DNA of 53,993 nt from an uncultured Bacteroidota bacterium (GTDB lineage Bacteria; Bacteroidota; Bacteroidia; Bacteroidales; DTGW01). Where the stretch lies: NCBI GenBank assembly GCA_963726845.1, contig CAVSGB010000263.1, positions 1-53,993 of the forward strand, given 5' to 3'. This document shows, in pieces, positions 7,132-16,892 of this stretch; positions within the stretch are counted from its first letter, which is position 1; each line of letters begins with the position of its first letter. The notes beneath the pieces are model-generated. The model did no database searches and was not told where the DNA came from. It saw only the letters and a program-made list of their open reading frames with translations. The position numbers and the translations under genes were made by a program.

Positions 7132-9641
7132 AGCTAAAGCACTATCAGGAAAAAGTTTTAAAGGAACTGAAAGTTTATTTGAGTTCCTTGTCTGACTTCA
7201 AAGCTAAATACGAAAAGGCATTGGAGTTTGATGCTGATATGGCAAGGGACTACAATTTCCCTAAGCATGCCTGGGAACAAAGTACAGGAAGAATAATATA
7301 TTATTCTAAAACAAACGGACTACACGAACCGCTCCCCGATATTTATCTTAAAGTGCCGACAGGTGGAGGAAAAACGTTGGTGGCTTGTCACGCTATTGAT
7401 TATATTCAAAAATCTTTTTTAAAAAAACAAGCAGGACTGGTATTGTGGATTGTGCCTTCTACACAAATTTACAGGCAAACAATTTCAGCATTAAAAAACC
7501 GTGAACATCCATATAGGCAAATCCTTGATATTTCAAGCGGAGGCAGAACACTCATCAAAGAAAAAACTGAAATGTTCAATCGTTTGGATGTGGACGAACA
7601 TCTTGTTGTATTAATTTTGATGCTGCCTTCTGCAAATCGCCTGAACAGAGAAACACTTAAAGTTTTCAGGGATGCGGGAGGTTTTACAGATTTTTTCCCG
7701 CCTGAAGATAATTATCCTGCACAAGAGGCATTAGTCAAACTTATTCCAAATTTAGATTGCTTCACAACAGAAGGAGAAGTTTTCGGAATACAAATAAAAA
7801 CTTCGCTCGGAAATACTTTAAAATTATTGAAACCGCTTGTGATAATTGACGAGGGGCACAGGGCATACGGAGAACAGGCAAGAAACACAGTAAGAAATTT
7901 TAATCCTTCTTTTATTCTTGAACTTTCGGCAACACCACCACCAAACAGCAATGAGTTGGTGAAAATAACTGGGCGTGAATTGCACGAAGAAGAAATGATA
8001 AAATTAGACATCCATCTTACCAATAAAACAAGTTTAGATTGGCAGGATACAATGTTGGCGAGTTATGAAAAAAGAAACGAGTTAGAAAAGAAAGCAAAAG
8101 AATATGAAGGCAAAACAGGTGAATATATCCGCCCTATTTGCCTGATACAGGCGGAACGCACAGGAAAAGACCAACGGGAAAAGAATTTCATACACGCAGA
8201 AGATGTTAAAGAATTTTTAATCAAGAAATGTAACATTCCTGAAAAGCATATTGCAATTAAATCAAGTGAGAAAGACGATATTGAAGGAATTAATTTGTTT
8301 GCTCCCGATTGCGACATACGCTACATCATTACCAAACAGGCATTGCAAGAGGGTTGGGATTGTTCTTTTGCTTACATTCTTACCATTCTGACAAATCCAG
8401 CATCATCAACAGGGATTACACAATTAGTCGGAAGAATTTTAAGACAACCCTTTGCACGAAAAACAAAAATCAAAGAATTGGACGAGTGTTACGTTTATAC
8501 ATTCCGTCAGAACGCAAGCGCATTGGTAAGAGAAATAAAATTGGGTTTAGAAGATGAAGGGCTTGGCGACATTGCCGGCAGAGTTGTAAACGATGAAGGT
8601 GATGCAGGTGAAGGAATACTAAAAGACAGGGACACAAAGTATCGTGTTGGCTTCAAAAAATATGAAGGGAAAATTTATTTGCCAAAATTTGTAATGCAGG
8701 AAAAAGGAAGTTGGCGTGATATGAATTTTGAAGTGGATATATTAAGTGAAATTAATTGGGAAACCGTCAATATTTATGAACTAAAAAATATTTCCCTACA
8801 AAAGAAAAAAGACAAGGAACAGGAAATTGTTTTGGGTTTGAGTGATGAAAAAAAAGAATTGCTGAAAGAAACAGGAAGAGCAGAAAAAACAGGAGCATTA
8901 GAAATTGATGAAGTGTTTTTAACGAGACAAATTACCGAGATAATTCCGAACCCGTGGATTTGCTACCAATTAGGTGTCAAAGCAGTGGAAATGGTTTTAC
9001 AAAAATACGACCACAACACAGTTGCATCAAATTTTGTTTTCGTAATTGAAGAACTAAAAAAGATTTTAGATAATGAGCGAAACCGATTATCAGAGCAGGT
9101 TTTCAGAAAATTGATTGAAAAGAAAAAATTACTTTTCTTTCTTCTTACTGATATAGGAGGTTTTGTTCTTCCATCAAGAATAAAAGTGAAAAGCAACAAA
9201 CAGTTGGTTCGTAACGATAACACACCAATTCAAAAATCGTTGTTTGACTATGTTCCCGAAGAAAATATTAACGATCTCGAAAAATCCGTTGCCATTTATC
9301 TTGACGAACAGGAAAAGCTTTTATGGTGGTATCGCAATATGAGCAGACAGGACTATCACATACAAGGATGGAAGCGACACAAAATTTATCCTGACTTCAT
9401 TGCAGCAGATAAGAAAAAAGATAAAGACGACTACGAAACAGTTTATGTGCTTGAGACAAAAGGCATACACTTGAAAAATGAGGACACAAAATATAAACAG
9501 GATGTTTTCAAACTTTGCAATGAATTAGGAGCAAAGAAACCTTGGAAAGAATTGTTTAACGAGTTTCCCGACCATGACTTTGAATTTCAGGTTGTGTTTG
9601 AGGACGAGTGGCAGAATAAAATTAACCAACTAATTGGATGA
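7128..9641 (+). CDS. res: Type III R-M restriction subunit (Res), SF2 helicase + nuclease
   Basis: VPTGGGKT, IIDEGH, LSAT, LQEGWD, QLVGRILR, and C-terminal YPDF..LETKG PD-(D/E)xK motif. Confidence 0.9.
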   Translation: MKLKHYQEKVLKELKVYLSSLSDFKAKYEKALEFDADMARDYNFPKHAWEQSTGRIIYYSKTNGLHEPLPDIYLKVPTGGGKTLVACHAIDYIQKSFLKKQAGLVLWIVPSTQIYRQTISALKNREHPYRQILDISSGGRTLIKEKTEMFNRLDVDEHLVVLILMLPSANRLNRETLKVFRDAGGFTDFFPPEDNYPAQEALVKLIPNLDCFTTEGEVFGIQIKTSLGNTLKLLKPLVIIDEGHRAYGEQARNTVRNFNPSFILELSATPPPNSNELVKITGRELHEEEMIKLDIHLTNKTSLDWQDTMLASYEKRNELEKKAKEYEGKTGEYIRPICLIQAERTGKDQREKNFIHAEDVKEFLIKKCNIPEKHIAIKSSEKDDIEGINLFAPDCDIRYIITKQALQEGWDCSFAYILTILTNPASSTGITQLVGRILRQPFARKTKIKELDECYVYTFRQNASALVREIKLGLEDEGLGDIAGRVVNDEGDAGEGILKDRDTKYRVGFKKYEGKIYLPKFVMQEKGSWRDMNFEVDILSEINWETVNIYELKNISLQKKKDKEQEIVLGLSDEKKELLKETGRAEKTGALEIDEVFLTRQITEIIPNPWICYQLGVKAVEMVLQKYDHNTVASNFVFVIEELKKILDNERNRLSEQVFRKLIEKKKLLFFLLTDIGGFVLPSRIKVKSNKQLVRNDNTPIQKSLFDYVPEENINDLEKSVAIYLDEQEKLLWWYRNMSRQDYHIQGWKRHKIYPDFIAADKKKDKDDYETVYVLETKGIHLKNEDTKYKQDVFKLCNELGAKKPWKELFNEFPDHDFEFQVVFEDEWQNKINQLIG

Positions 9642-9644
9642 AAA

Positions 9645-9752
9645 CCCACCCGATTTGCAAGCACATTGCCAAAGCCCCACAAGCCAACGCTTTAACCAAA
9701 GCTTTGTCAAAGAGTTTGCAAAGCTAACCCACGTTGCCAAAGGCATTTTGGC
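9645..9752 (+). repeat. Structured hairpin repeat family B, copy 2
   Basis: TTTGCAAGC-ac-aTTGCCAAAGC ... GCTTTGTCAAa-ga-GTTTGCAAA, homologous to 4901-4976. Followed by a small GCCAAAG-gcat-TTTGGC hairpin. Confidence 0.65.
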
Positions 9753-9755
9753 CAT

Positions 9756-11181
9756 TACAGCAAATATGATTGTTTTACCTATTTCACTGGTAATTGGATC
9801 ACGTAAGGCATTTTCTAAAAAGGTTTGACAAAAAACACGATTGGTCTTATCTGAGAAAAATTTCTTTTCAAAATCACTTGAAATGAAAGTTTCTGTTTCC
9901 TCTCCATCTTCTGTAGCAAGTACAACCGAATAACCTTCATCTGAAAGTAATTGGGTAGTAATTTCAGTACGGGCATCTAAAACTCTAGGATTAATCAAGA
10001 AACCATCTTTAACACCATCCAATAATGAATATCGAAATGTTGGGTCGTTGCCTTCACAACCAAAAGTTGTATAAGTATCACGCAACATCCGGCGTTCTAT
10101 TTCCCGTGGGTCGTTTTCTTTTATCTTATCAGGGTTAACACCTTTTAAATAGTCTTTGGGTGTAGCGGTTAAACCCAATTTATATCCATGAAAATATTCA
10201 AATACTGCTCTGGCGTTTCCAGAAATAGAACGGTGCGATTCGTCCGAAATAATTAAATCAAAATCGGTTGGTGAAAACTCATAGCGGTATTTATTATCAA
10301 ACATGAGCGATTGAATGGTTGTAACTACAATATCTGCTTTTCTCCAATCGCTTTTATGCTCTTTGAAAATGAAAGTTGAATAGTCAGGCTTCAGGTAATT
10401 TGTAAAAGCTTTCCAGGCTTGGTCTTCCAATTCCAATCTGTCAACCAAAAACAAAACCTTTCGTGCGTTTTTAGTTCTTAAAAATAACCGAATTACTGCT
10501 GCAGATGTTAGCGTTTTACCAGTACCCGTTGCCATCTCGAAAAGGAAACGGTCTTTGCCTTTTCTTACTGCTTTTTGCAAATGCTCGATAGCATTTAATT
10601 GGTATTTACGAAGGAATTTTAATTTGTTATTCCAAATAAAGTCTTTGCTCTTTTCGATACTTCCATTCCAACCAGGCCTTTCAATATAATCTGGCATTTG
10701 AACAACAACAATATAATCATTGTCTACAGGCTCATTTACTAGACTATTGCGATCGGGATTCCATTCTTTTATTGCACCTATTTCAATAGGTGAAGGAAAT
10801 TTATAAATAGGTTTTGGATTACCTTTTTTTAAATCCCATAAGTAATGAACTATTCCATTTGAGAGAATGATAAATTGAGCTCCAACATTATTTGCATACT
10901 TCCTTGCTTGTTCTTTAGCAGCCAGAGGATGCAAACTTTCTTTCTTAGCGTTCGAGAACGCAAATCGGTTTATTATCGCTGTCAACAAGTAAAAAATCAA
11001 GTGAACCCGATTTAGTTTTTTCATAATCGTTGCCCCATGCATCAACTTCCTTTTGAGTGATTTTTACATGGTTCTCAAGCAAGATATTAGCTGAACCTAA
11101 ATCATCATCAAAAAATCGCCAGCCAGCTTCTTCAAGTAGGCGGTTTATTTTTATTCGTGCTTGTGCTTCGTTGTTTAACAA
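9756..11181 (-). pseudogene. hsdR: Type I R-M restriction subunit (EcoKI/EcoAI-like HsdR), 3'-truncated
   Basis: NEAQARIKINRLLEEAGW N-terminus, MATGTGKT, DESH and GLTATP motifs. Recognisable sequence stops after GKTIIFAV at ~9756. +1 frameshift at ~10950 (VLE/AKK). Confidence 0.85.
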
Positions 11182-11262
11182 AATTCAGATAAGGTTAATC
11201 TTGACCACTAAAGTAGCAAAAAGAAGTCAAATGAATTTTGACTTACACATACAATTTATAAA

Positions 11263-11345
11263 TGAACTACCCCGCTGCAAGCAGACGGGGTATCAAATCC
11301 CAACTTTACAAGCGATATTCGATGCAAACAGCGGGGAATTTACCC
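11263..11345. repeat. Palindromic REP/PATE-like element resembling IS200/IS605 end hairpins
   Basis: TACCCCGCTGC-AA-GCAGACGGGGTA hairpin (11268-11292) plus a degenerate second copy ending CAGCGGGGAATTTACCC. Confidence 0.5.
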
Positions 11346-11358
11346 AAAAAAAATTAAA

Positions 11359-11755
11359 TTATTTCGATGGAAATATTGTTTCTTTTCCAATAAAAGGAAG
11401 ATCAACCATGGACTTATATATGTCTAAAACTTCTGCCATACTTTCATCGTCGAGTTCGTAATACCAATTAACTACAATATCGTATTTTTCTTTAAAAATA
11501 ATTTCCAATTCTTTTAAAAGCTCTAAAATGAGTTTAGAAGCACTTGTACTAAAATATTCCAGCTTAAGATTAACAGTTGTTTTTTTGCAGGGTGTTTTGC
11601 TATACAATTTAACCCAGTTTATCAATGGAAGGAAAAACATTTTCGTATCTTCCGGGATTACCCTCCCAGCCATTTCTATCAGAACCCTTGTCAGCATCAA
11701 AATAAACTGAAGGTGTTTTTGATGTTTCTTGCAATTTTAATATTTCCACAATCAT
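11359..11755 (-). CDS. siaC: SiaC-family (DUF1987) regulatory phosphoprotein, frameshifted near 11684
   Basis: Upstream frame MIVEILKLQETSKTPSVYFDADKG joins LIEMAGRVIPED..LEYFSTSASK..VNWYYELDDESM. Confidence 0.75.
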
Positions 11756-11918
11756 TACTATTTATAACAATACAAATTATTATTTATTCCCCTTTTTTTG
11801 TCAAACTGTATTCATATGCAATTATAACTAAACGTTTTCGGTTACTAAAAGTTCGGCAATATTATTTTTCACTTCAAGAGAAATTAATTCCTTTTTATAT
11901 TAGTGAATGTTTTTGCTG

Positions 11919-12016
11919 GAGCGACTTTGATTCCCGACAATAACTCTTGTGCAGAGTACAAATTTTGATAATCCACAAAACCCAGAATTGGTTGGGAGCA
12001 ACCGTTGTTGGGAGCC
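11919..12016 (-). repeat. Degenerate, truncated third attC-like copy
   Basis: Minus strand CTCCCAACAACGG(TTG)CTCCCAACCAATTCTGGG...AATTTGTACTCTGCACAAG...GTCGGGAAT aligns with copy 1. Starts 2 bp after the stop at 12019. Right arm missing. Confidence 0.5.
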
Positions 12017-12018
12017 AT

Positions 12019-12285
12019 TTAAATTTTTTCTAATATTTCCATCGCCATTTGTTCAATTTTAGATTTAAGATTTTACAAATATTTACAGTAATTTCATCAG
12101 GTTTTGTCCTGTCGCCAATAAAGTGGAAATCCATTATTTTCATATTCCAATATATAACCTAAACCTGAAGCTAAACCAAAAATCATTGGTTCGGACAAAT
12201 CAACATCAATATTTAAGAATAGATTGCCAATTGTATTTGTTTCGCAATGCTGACCTTTAAAAATTTTGTAACTCTCAATTTTCAT
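12019..12285 (-). pseudogene. BtrH N-terminal-domain (DUF4872-associated) protein remnant
   Basis: GQHCETNTIGNL..LSEPMIFGLASGLGYI N-terminus, then a frameshift and a C-terminal-like ..EQMAMEILEKI*. Most of the gene is missing. Confidence 0.6.
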
Positions 12286-12751
12286 AATAATATTTCCTAT
12301 CAAATTTATTTCTCCAAAGTGACAAACGTGTGTCAGTAATATTTTTTCAGATGCTCGAAAGCTTTTTTAAAGGCACACAAAATATATCAATGACGACAAT
12401 TGTAGTTAATATTTTATGCATTTTAAATAATTATTCATACTCTAAGATTATTTGGAAATTTATATCTTATTGTTTATGTATAAATCCCAATCCCGATAAA
12501 TTGGGATTATAACAATGAAGTGCAGCAGTTAGCCTCCTTATTAAATGTTTGGATGTTTGAAACAAAGTTTATAAAAGCTAAATAATCAAATAATTAAAAC
12601 TAAATATTAATATTCCAAAACAACCTCGAGATATTTAGATTATTATGCAAATTAGGAAAAATAAGAATTGGTTGTATTTAAATTTTAACAAAAGAAGAAA
12701 AAGAAAGAGTTTGCCGGAATTTTAATAATTCAAGCATTTTTTAGGAGAACA

Positions 12752-12949
12752 TCAAATTACTTTTGATTGATTTAGAATACTAATTTTTGATTCTATAATC
12801 GTTTTTTGCCTTTTTAATTCCTCATATTGCCTGATCAATGCAGCTTTTACCAAAGCATCATCTGTAACATCGGCAATTCTATCTGCAACTCTGTCCATTG
12901 CTTCAGTAATCGCAGATAATTGGGAATTTTGTTCATTCAGGTTCGTCAT
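12752..12949 (-). CDS. Small hypothetical coiled-coil protein
   Basis: 65-aa ATG ORF with helical heptad character and an A-rich leader. Confidence 0.5.
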   Translation of the reverse strand: MTNLNEQNSQLSAITEAMDRVADRIADVTDDALVKAALIRQYEELKRQKTIIESKISILNQSKVI

Positions 12950-13540
12950 AATTTTTAAGCATTAAAGGGTATGGTAAATTTACTAATTTTAATCGTTTAT
13001 TAAAATTTCGAATAGTAAAGTTGTCAACTAAATGAAATACATAATAGCAGAATTGTCGAGGTAACAGAAAGGAATTTTTTGACAAACCCTGCAAGCAGTT
13101 GATTATCATCAACGAAAAAGAAATACAAACGCGTTACAAACTGGCTCGAGCTGTAGAATTTGTGCTTTTATTTTTTAACGCTGTAAAGTTGAAACAAAAC
13201 ATAAAATCTTTGTTTTCAAATTTAGCTTAGTATAAGCTATTTTTGGAAATGCCATTTTTTTGCTCCCAAAATTTAGCAAAAATAAAAACGTTTGAATTTT
13301 AGCAGGTACAGACGAAATATGGTTGGATACTGATAAAAAAACTTAGTGAGAAGCTAAACACAAACCATAAGTTTGTTCTTTTATAAAAACTTCATTGTTG
13401 ACTAAATTTGGAATTTCTATCTAAACCAGTTCGAAATCTGCGCCAGGTACATTAACCTGAATTGCTCATATTAATGCCATAATATTTTAATTTATAAATG
13501 TAAATTTTAATTTTGATTCAATTTTTTTCCGCCAGTTTTA

Positions 13541-14119
13541 TTAATTCCAAAGCGAAATGATTTCTTCAGATTTTAATTGGATTGTCATACTTTTTAAATT
13601 TTCAAGAGACCGGTTATGCGCTTCCTGATTAGAGGAAGAAACAGCATCGGTAATAATTACAGGGAAAAAACCTCTGTTTGAAGCATCCCTGGCTGTTGAT
13701 TCTACCCCAAATTCTGTAGCAATACCAGTTATTGCAACTGTTGTTATGCCAGCATTTCTTAAAAGCAATTCGAAGTTTGTTCCGATAAACATACTTGCCG
13801 TGTTTTTGGGAATTACAATATCGTTGCCAGTTGGCTCAATGGCTAAATCGAGGCCATTGGGAACTTGCTGCTGAGATGCAAACCTGTTTTTAAAAAAGTA
13901 TTTCCGAACAGGCGATTCGAAATTTTCGGGAAGTGGTGTGATTTTCGAAAATACTACCTGAACGCTGTGTTTCTTTGCCGCAGAAATAACATTTTTGTTA
14001 TTTTCCAGAAAGGATTGCGTATTAAAAATATTCAGTACTAACCTGTTTTGCACATCCCAAATTAAAAGTACAGTTTTGCCGGGGTTTAAAATCTCCTTCA
14101 ATTCGTTATTCATTTCCAT
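13541..14119 (-). CDS. Isochorismatase-family cysteine hydrolase
   Basis: [32 protein letters not shown] motifs. Confidence 0.88.
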   Translation of the reverse strand: MEMNNELKEILNPGKTVLLIWDVQNRLVLNIFNTQSFLENNKNVISAAKKHSVQVVFSKITPLPENFESPVRKYFFKNRFASQQQVPNGLDLAIEPTGNDIVIPKNTASMFIGTNFELLLRNAGITTVAITGIATEFGVESTARDASNRGFFPVIITDAVSSSNQEAHNRSLENLKSMTIQLKSEEIISLWN

Positions 14120-14148
14120 ATTAAATAATATTTTGAGATGGTTATTTA

Positions 14149-14778
14149 TTATAATTCAGTTATAAAACGTGCTTGTGGAGTTCGGACTTTTTTCAGGTTT
14201 ACCAACCAATCGTTTTCGGCATCCCTATAGCCAAGCGGAAGCAATATAACACTTCGCAAACCATGTTCTTTAAGATTTAGCAATTTATCCAAAGCTGCAT
14301 TGTCAAAACCTCCGATGGGGGTTGAATCAACTTTTAACTCAGCAGCGGCAGCTATTGCTATGCCAAAACTAATATAAGCCTGGTATGCAGCATGAATATA
14401 ATTTTGCTCGGCTGTGAAAGAACTGTACCGGCTTGTTAACCTGTTTTTATAATCGTCCATTGAATCAACCGGCACACCACGCTCTGAAACTGTTCTTGAA
14501 AAAACTTCATTGATACGCTCTTTTGTATAATTGTCCCATGCTGCAAAAATTAGCAAATGCGAACAGTCGGTAATTTGTGACTGGTTATTTGCAATTGGTT
14601 TAATTTTTTCTTTTAATTTGGAACTGGTCACCACAATAATCTCAAATGGTTGCAAGCCCGATGACGAAGGCGCTAAGTGGGCTGCCTCTAATATCGAATC
14701 TATCTTGTCCTGCGAAACGGCCTGTCCGTTCATTTTTTTAGTGGCATAACGCCATTTTAAAGCATTTAATAATTCCAT
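14149..14778 (-). CDS. NfsB-like nitroreductase / NAD(P)H-flavin oxidoreductase
   Basis: LKWRYATKK, LAPSSSGLQPF, DSTPIGGFD motifs. Confidence 0.9.
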   Translation of the reverse strand: MELLNALKWRYATKKMNGQAVSQDKIDSILEAAHLAPSSSGLQPFEIIVVTSSKLKEKIKPIANNQSQITDCSHLLIFAAWDNYTKERINEVFSRTVSERGVPVDSMDDYKNRLTSRYSSFTAEQNYIHAAYQAYISFGIAIAAAAELKVDSTPIGGFDNAALDKLLNLKEHGLRSVILLPLGYRDAENDWLVNLKKVRTPQARFITEL

Positions 14779-14851
14779 ATTTTCAAATTTTTATATTTCA
14801 AATATTTGGTTGAATACGCGCTAATAGAGTTGAAAAATTTGTGCTATTTAT

Positions 14852-15607
14852 TTACCAATGGCTATTCATTTGCTGAAAACTTTTGTCCAGGTCTTCTCTA
14901 GATGCTTTGATAAGCCCTGCTGTCATCCCATATCCAATTTCAAATATGTTATTTTTAATACCTTCCATAACAGCATCAACAAATTCACCAGGCTTTAAAT
15001 CAATTTTAAAATTGCCTCTTTTAGCCCTTCCTTCGGGGTTTAATTCCGATTCAATTGCCGGTGGAACAACTTCAAAAACTTTAATCCCGGACTTTATGAG
15101 TTGCTGTCTTATTGCCATAGAGAAAGCATGTACCCCTGCTTTGGATGCACTATATACAGGCATCCGGGCGACAGGGATAAAACCTAAACCTGATGAAACA
15201 TTAATGATGGAAGCTTCTTTCTTCCCGGTTAAATGAGGAATGAAAAGGCCTGTTAAAATTATCGTGGCTTCCAGATTAATCCTGATTTCGTTTTCACCTG
15301 ACAAAAATTCAGTAACCCCCTTAGTGAAATCTACATCTCTTTGCACCCCTGCATTATTAACTAAAATGTTCAATTTATCAAAGTTAGATGTTGCCCATTC
15401 TACAAGTGAATTCCGATCTGCTTCTTTTGCAACATCACAAACTTTGATTTGGAATTCGGGATGTTTCTTTTTAGCTTCAAGTAGCCTTTCTTCTCTTCTG
15501 CCACAAATAATGACTTCATTACCTGTTTTCAAAAAATATTCGGCAAAAGCATATCCTATACCTGTTGCCCCACCGGTGATTAATACTGTATTTCCTGAAA
15601 TGTCCAT
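14852..15607 (-). CDS. Short-chain dehydrogenase (DltE-like SDR)
   Basis: TGGATGIG, NNAG, YSASK motifs. Confidence 0.9.
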   Translation of the reverse strand: MDISGNTVLITGGATGIGYAFAEYFLKTGNEVIICGRREERLLEAKKKHPEFQIKVCDVAKEADRNSLVEWATSNFDKLNILVNNAGVQRDVDFTKGVTEFLSGENEIRINLEATIILTGLFIPHLTGKKEASIINVSSGLGFIPVARMPVYSASKAGVHAFSMAIRQQLIKSGIKVFEVVPPAIESELNPEGRAKRGNFKIDLKPGEFVDAVMEGIKNNIFEIGYGMTAGLIKASREDLDKSFQQMNSHW

Positions 15608-15675
15608 ATTTGTCCTCCTTAATTTTATTATTTAACAAAGATGTAATACTAATTAACTGAAAAGATAAGAACTAT

Positions 15676-16347
15676 TTATTTTTTTAGAGGATACCCAATA
15701 GTTTGGCCAAAGATCACCCGCTGATCGGCATGTAAATTTAATTTTGCTGTAAGGGCAGGTTTATCACAATTGTGAAACCAAGCGGCTAAACCCTGCGAAG
15801 CAGCAAATAAATATACATTGCCCGCGATTAAGCCCGTATCGACAAAGTAATATGATTTTTGAACTTCGGGATTTTGTAAGCCCGGTTCCTGATAACCGGC
15901 AGTGTTGGCAAGCTTATTAATATCGGCAACAAAAATTAAGCGAATCGGGGCTTTGTCGCCTAAACTTACCTGACCATGGCCAATTGCCAATGAGCGAAGG
16001 TCTTCGGCAACAATTGGAAACAATTTGTGTTTAAACGCATCATACAAATAAGTACCGTCCTTCATTGCCACATATACATCAATTTCCTGGGAATTACTGG
16101 CAGAGGCAGCCGTTCGGCTATGCAACCCGAACGGGCCTTTTTTACGGTTTATTCCACATGCTGCCCATAATAGGTTTGAAAGTACCTGCAATGACAACTT
16201 TTTATCGCTAACCTCACGAATAGTTTTTCTTTTCTCTAAAGCTTTTAATAAGGATTTACCTTTATCAAGTTTTGGTTTTAATAATTCGATAGGTTTCAAA
16301 TTCTGTAATGAATCATTATCAGGTTCGTTTTTTATTTTTTTTGCCAT
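15676..16347 (-). CDS. SagB/ThcOx-like nitroreductase
   Basis: ALEKRKTIRE, LSNLLWAACG, RTAASASNSQE, NVYLFAASQGL motifs. Confidence 0.85.
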   Translation of the reverse strand: MAKKIKNEPDNDSLQNLKPIELLKPKLDKGKSLLKALEKRKTIREVSDKKLSLQVLSNLLWAACGINRKKGPFGLHSRTAASASNSQEIDVYVAMKDGTYLYDAFKHKLFPIVAEDLRSLAIGHGQVSLGDKAPIRLIFVADINKLANTAGYQEPGLQNPEVQKSYYFVDTGLIAGNVYLFAASQGLAAWFHNCDKPALTAKLNLHADQRVIFGQTIGYPLKK

Positions 16348-16366
16348 ATATTACTCCTTTCATTTT

Positions 16367-16763
16367 TTAAGTATTATGAGAATTGATAACTTTTGTAATT
16401 TCGGGAAGTTTATGGAGAAAGAATAGCGCTCCCGGGAAACGGGAAATACCAATAATTATTATTGTATTTAATATCCCAATAATTTTTTCCAAACTACCTG
16501 TTAAAAAACTTCCAAAATGAGCTGTTCCCATATATGCCACAGTATAAAAACCCTTTACCCGACCGCGTTGTTTATCGTCGACAATTGTTTGCAACATTGT
16601 ATTGCCCGAAGCCATTTGAAGCTTCATACCAAGACTTACCATAACCAACAATAACAAAGATAATGCAAAAGAACGTGAAAATGGAAACATAATAAGCCCG
16701 GCTCCAAAAGCTGAGGCCGCCAAAGAAAAAGTAGGAAAAAAAATATATATTTAGCTTCGCCAT
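16367..16763 (-). pseudogene. C-terminal fragment of an MFS transporter
   Basis: NTMLQTIVDDKQRGRV..Y motif and 3-4 TM segments only. No room for the N-terminal half before the next gene. Confidence 0.65.
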
Positions 16764-16892
16764 CAGACACTTGCTTTCATACCATTACACCGAAATAATT
16801 CCTAATTGGGGGAAATAAAAATAACTATTATCAGATAAAATTAGTAACTTCTTTATTTTCTTTTTGAGGAAGTTTAATGATATCTGATGATG

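Noticed and set aside
9630-9828. C-terminal tail of ORF 9630-11045 and ORF 9634-9828
   Set aside because: Read-through into repeat DNA after the hsdR truncation.
11713-11943. 76-aa hydrophobic ORF on the + strand
   Set aside because: Overlaps the true siaC 5' end on the opposite strand; low-complexity AT-rich frame.
12489-12508. Small palindrome AATCCCGATAAATTGGGATT
   Set aside because: Single short REP-like hairpin; not distinguishable from chance within this window.
13060-13345. Possible integrative-element end or gene debris
   Set aside because: Only a vague resemblance; no ORF or repeat partner I can demonstrate.
13426-13450. CCAGTTCGAAATCTGCGCCAGGTAC, resembling a tRNA 3' end (att remnant)
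   Set aside because: T-arm is imperfect, there is no cloverleaf, and no partner att site or integrase is visible.
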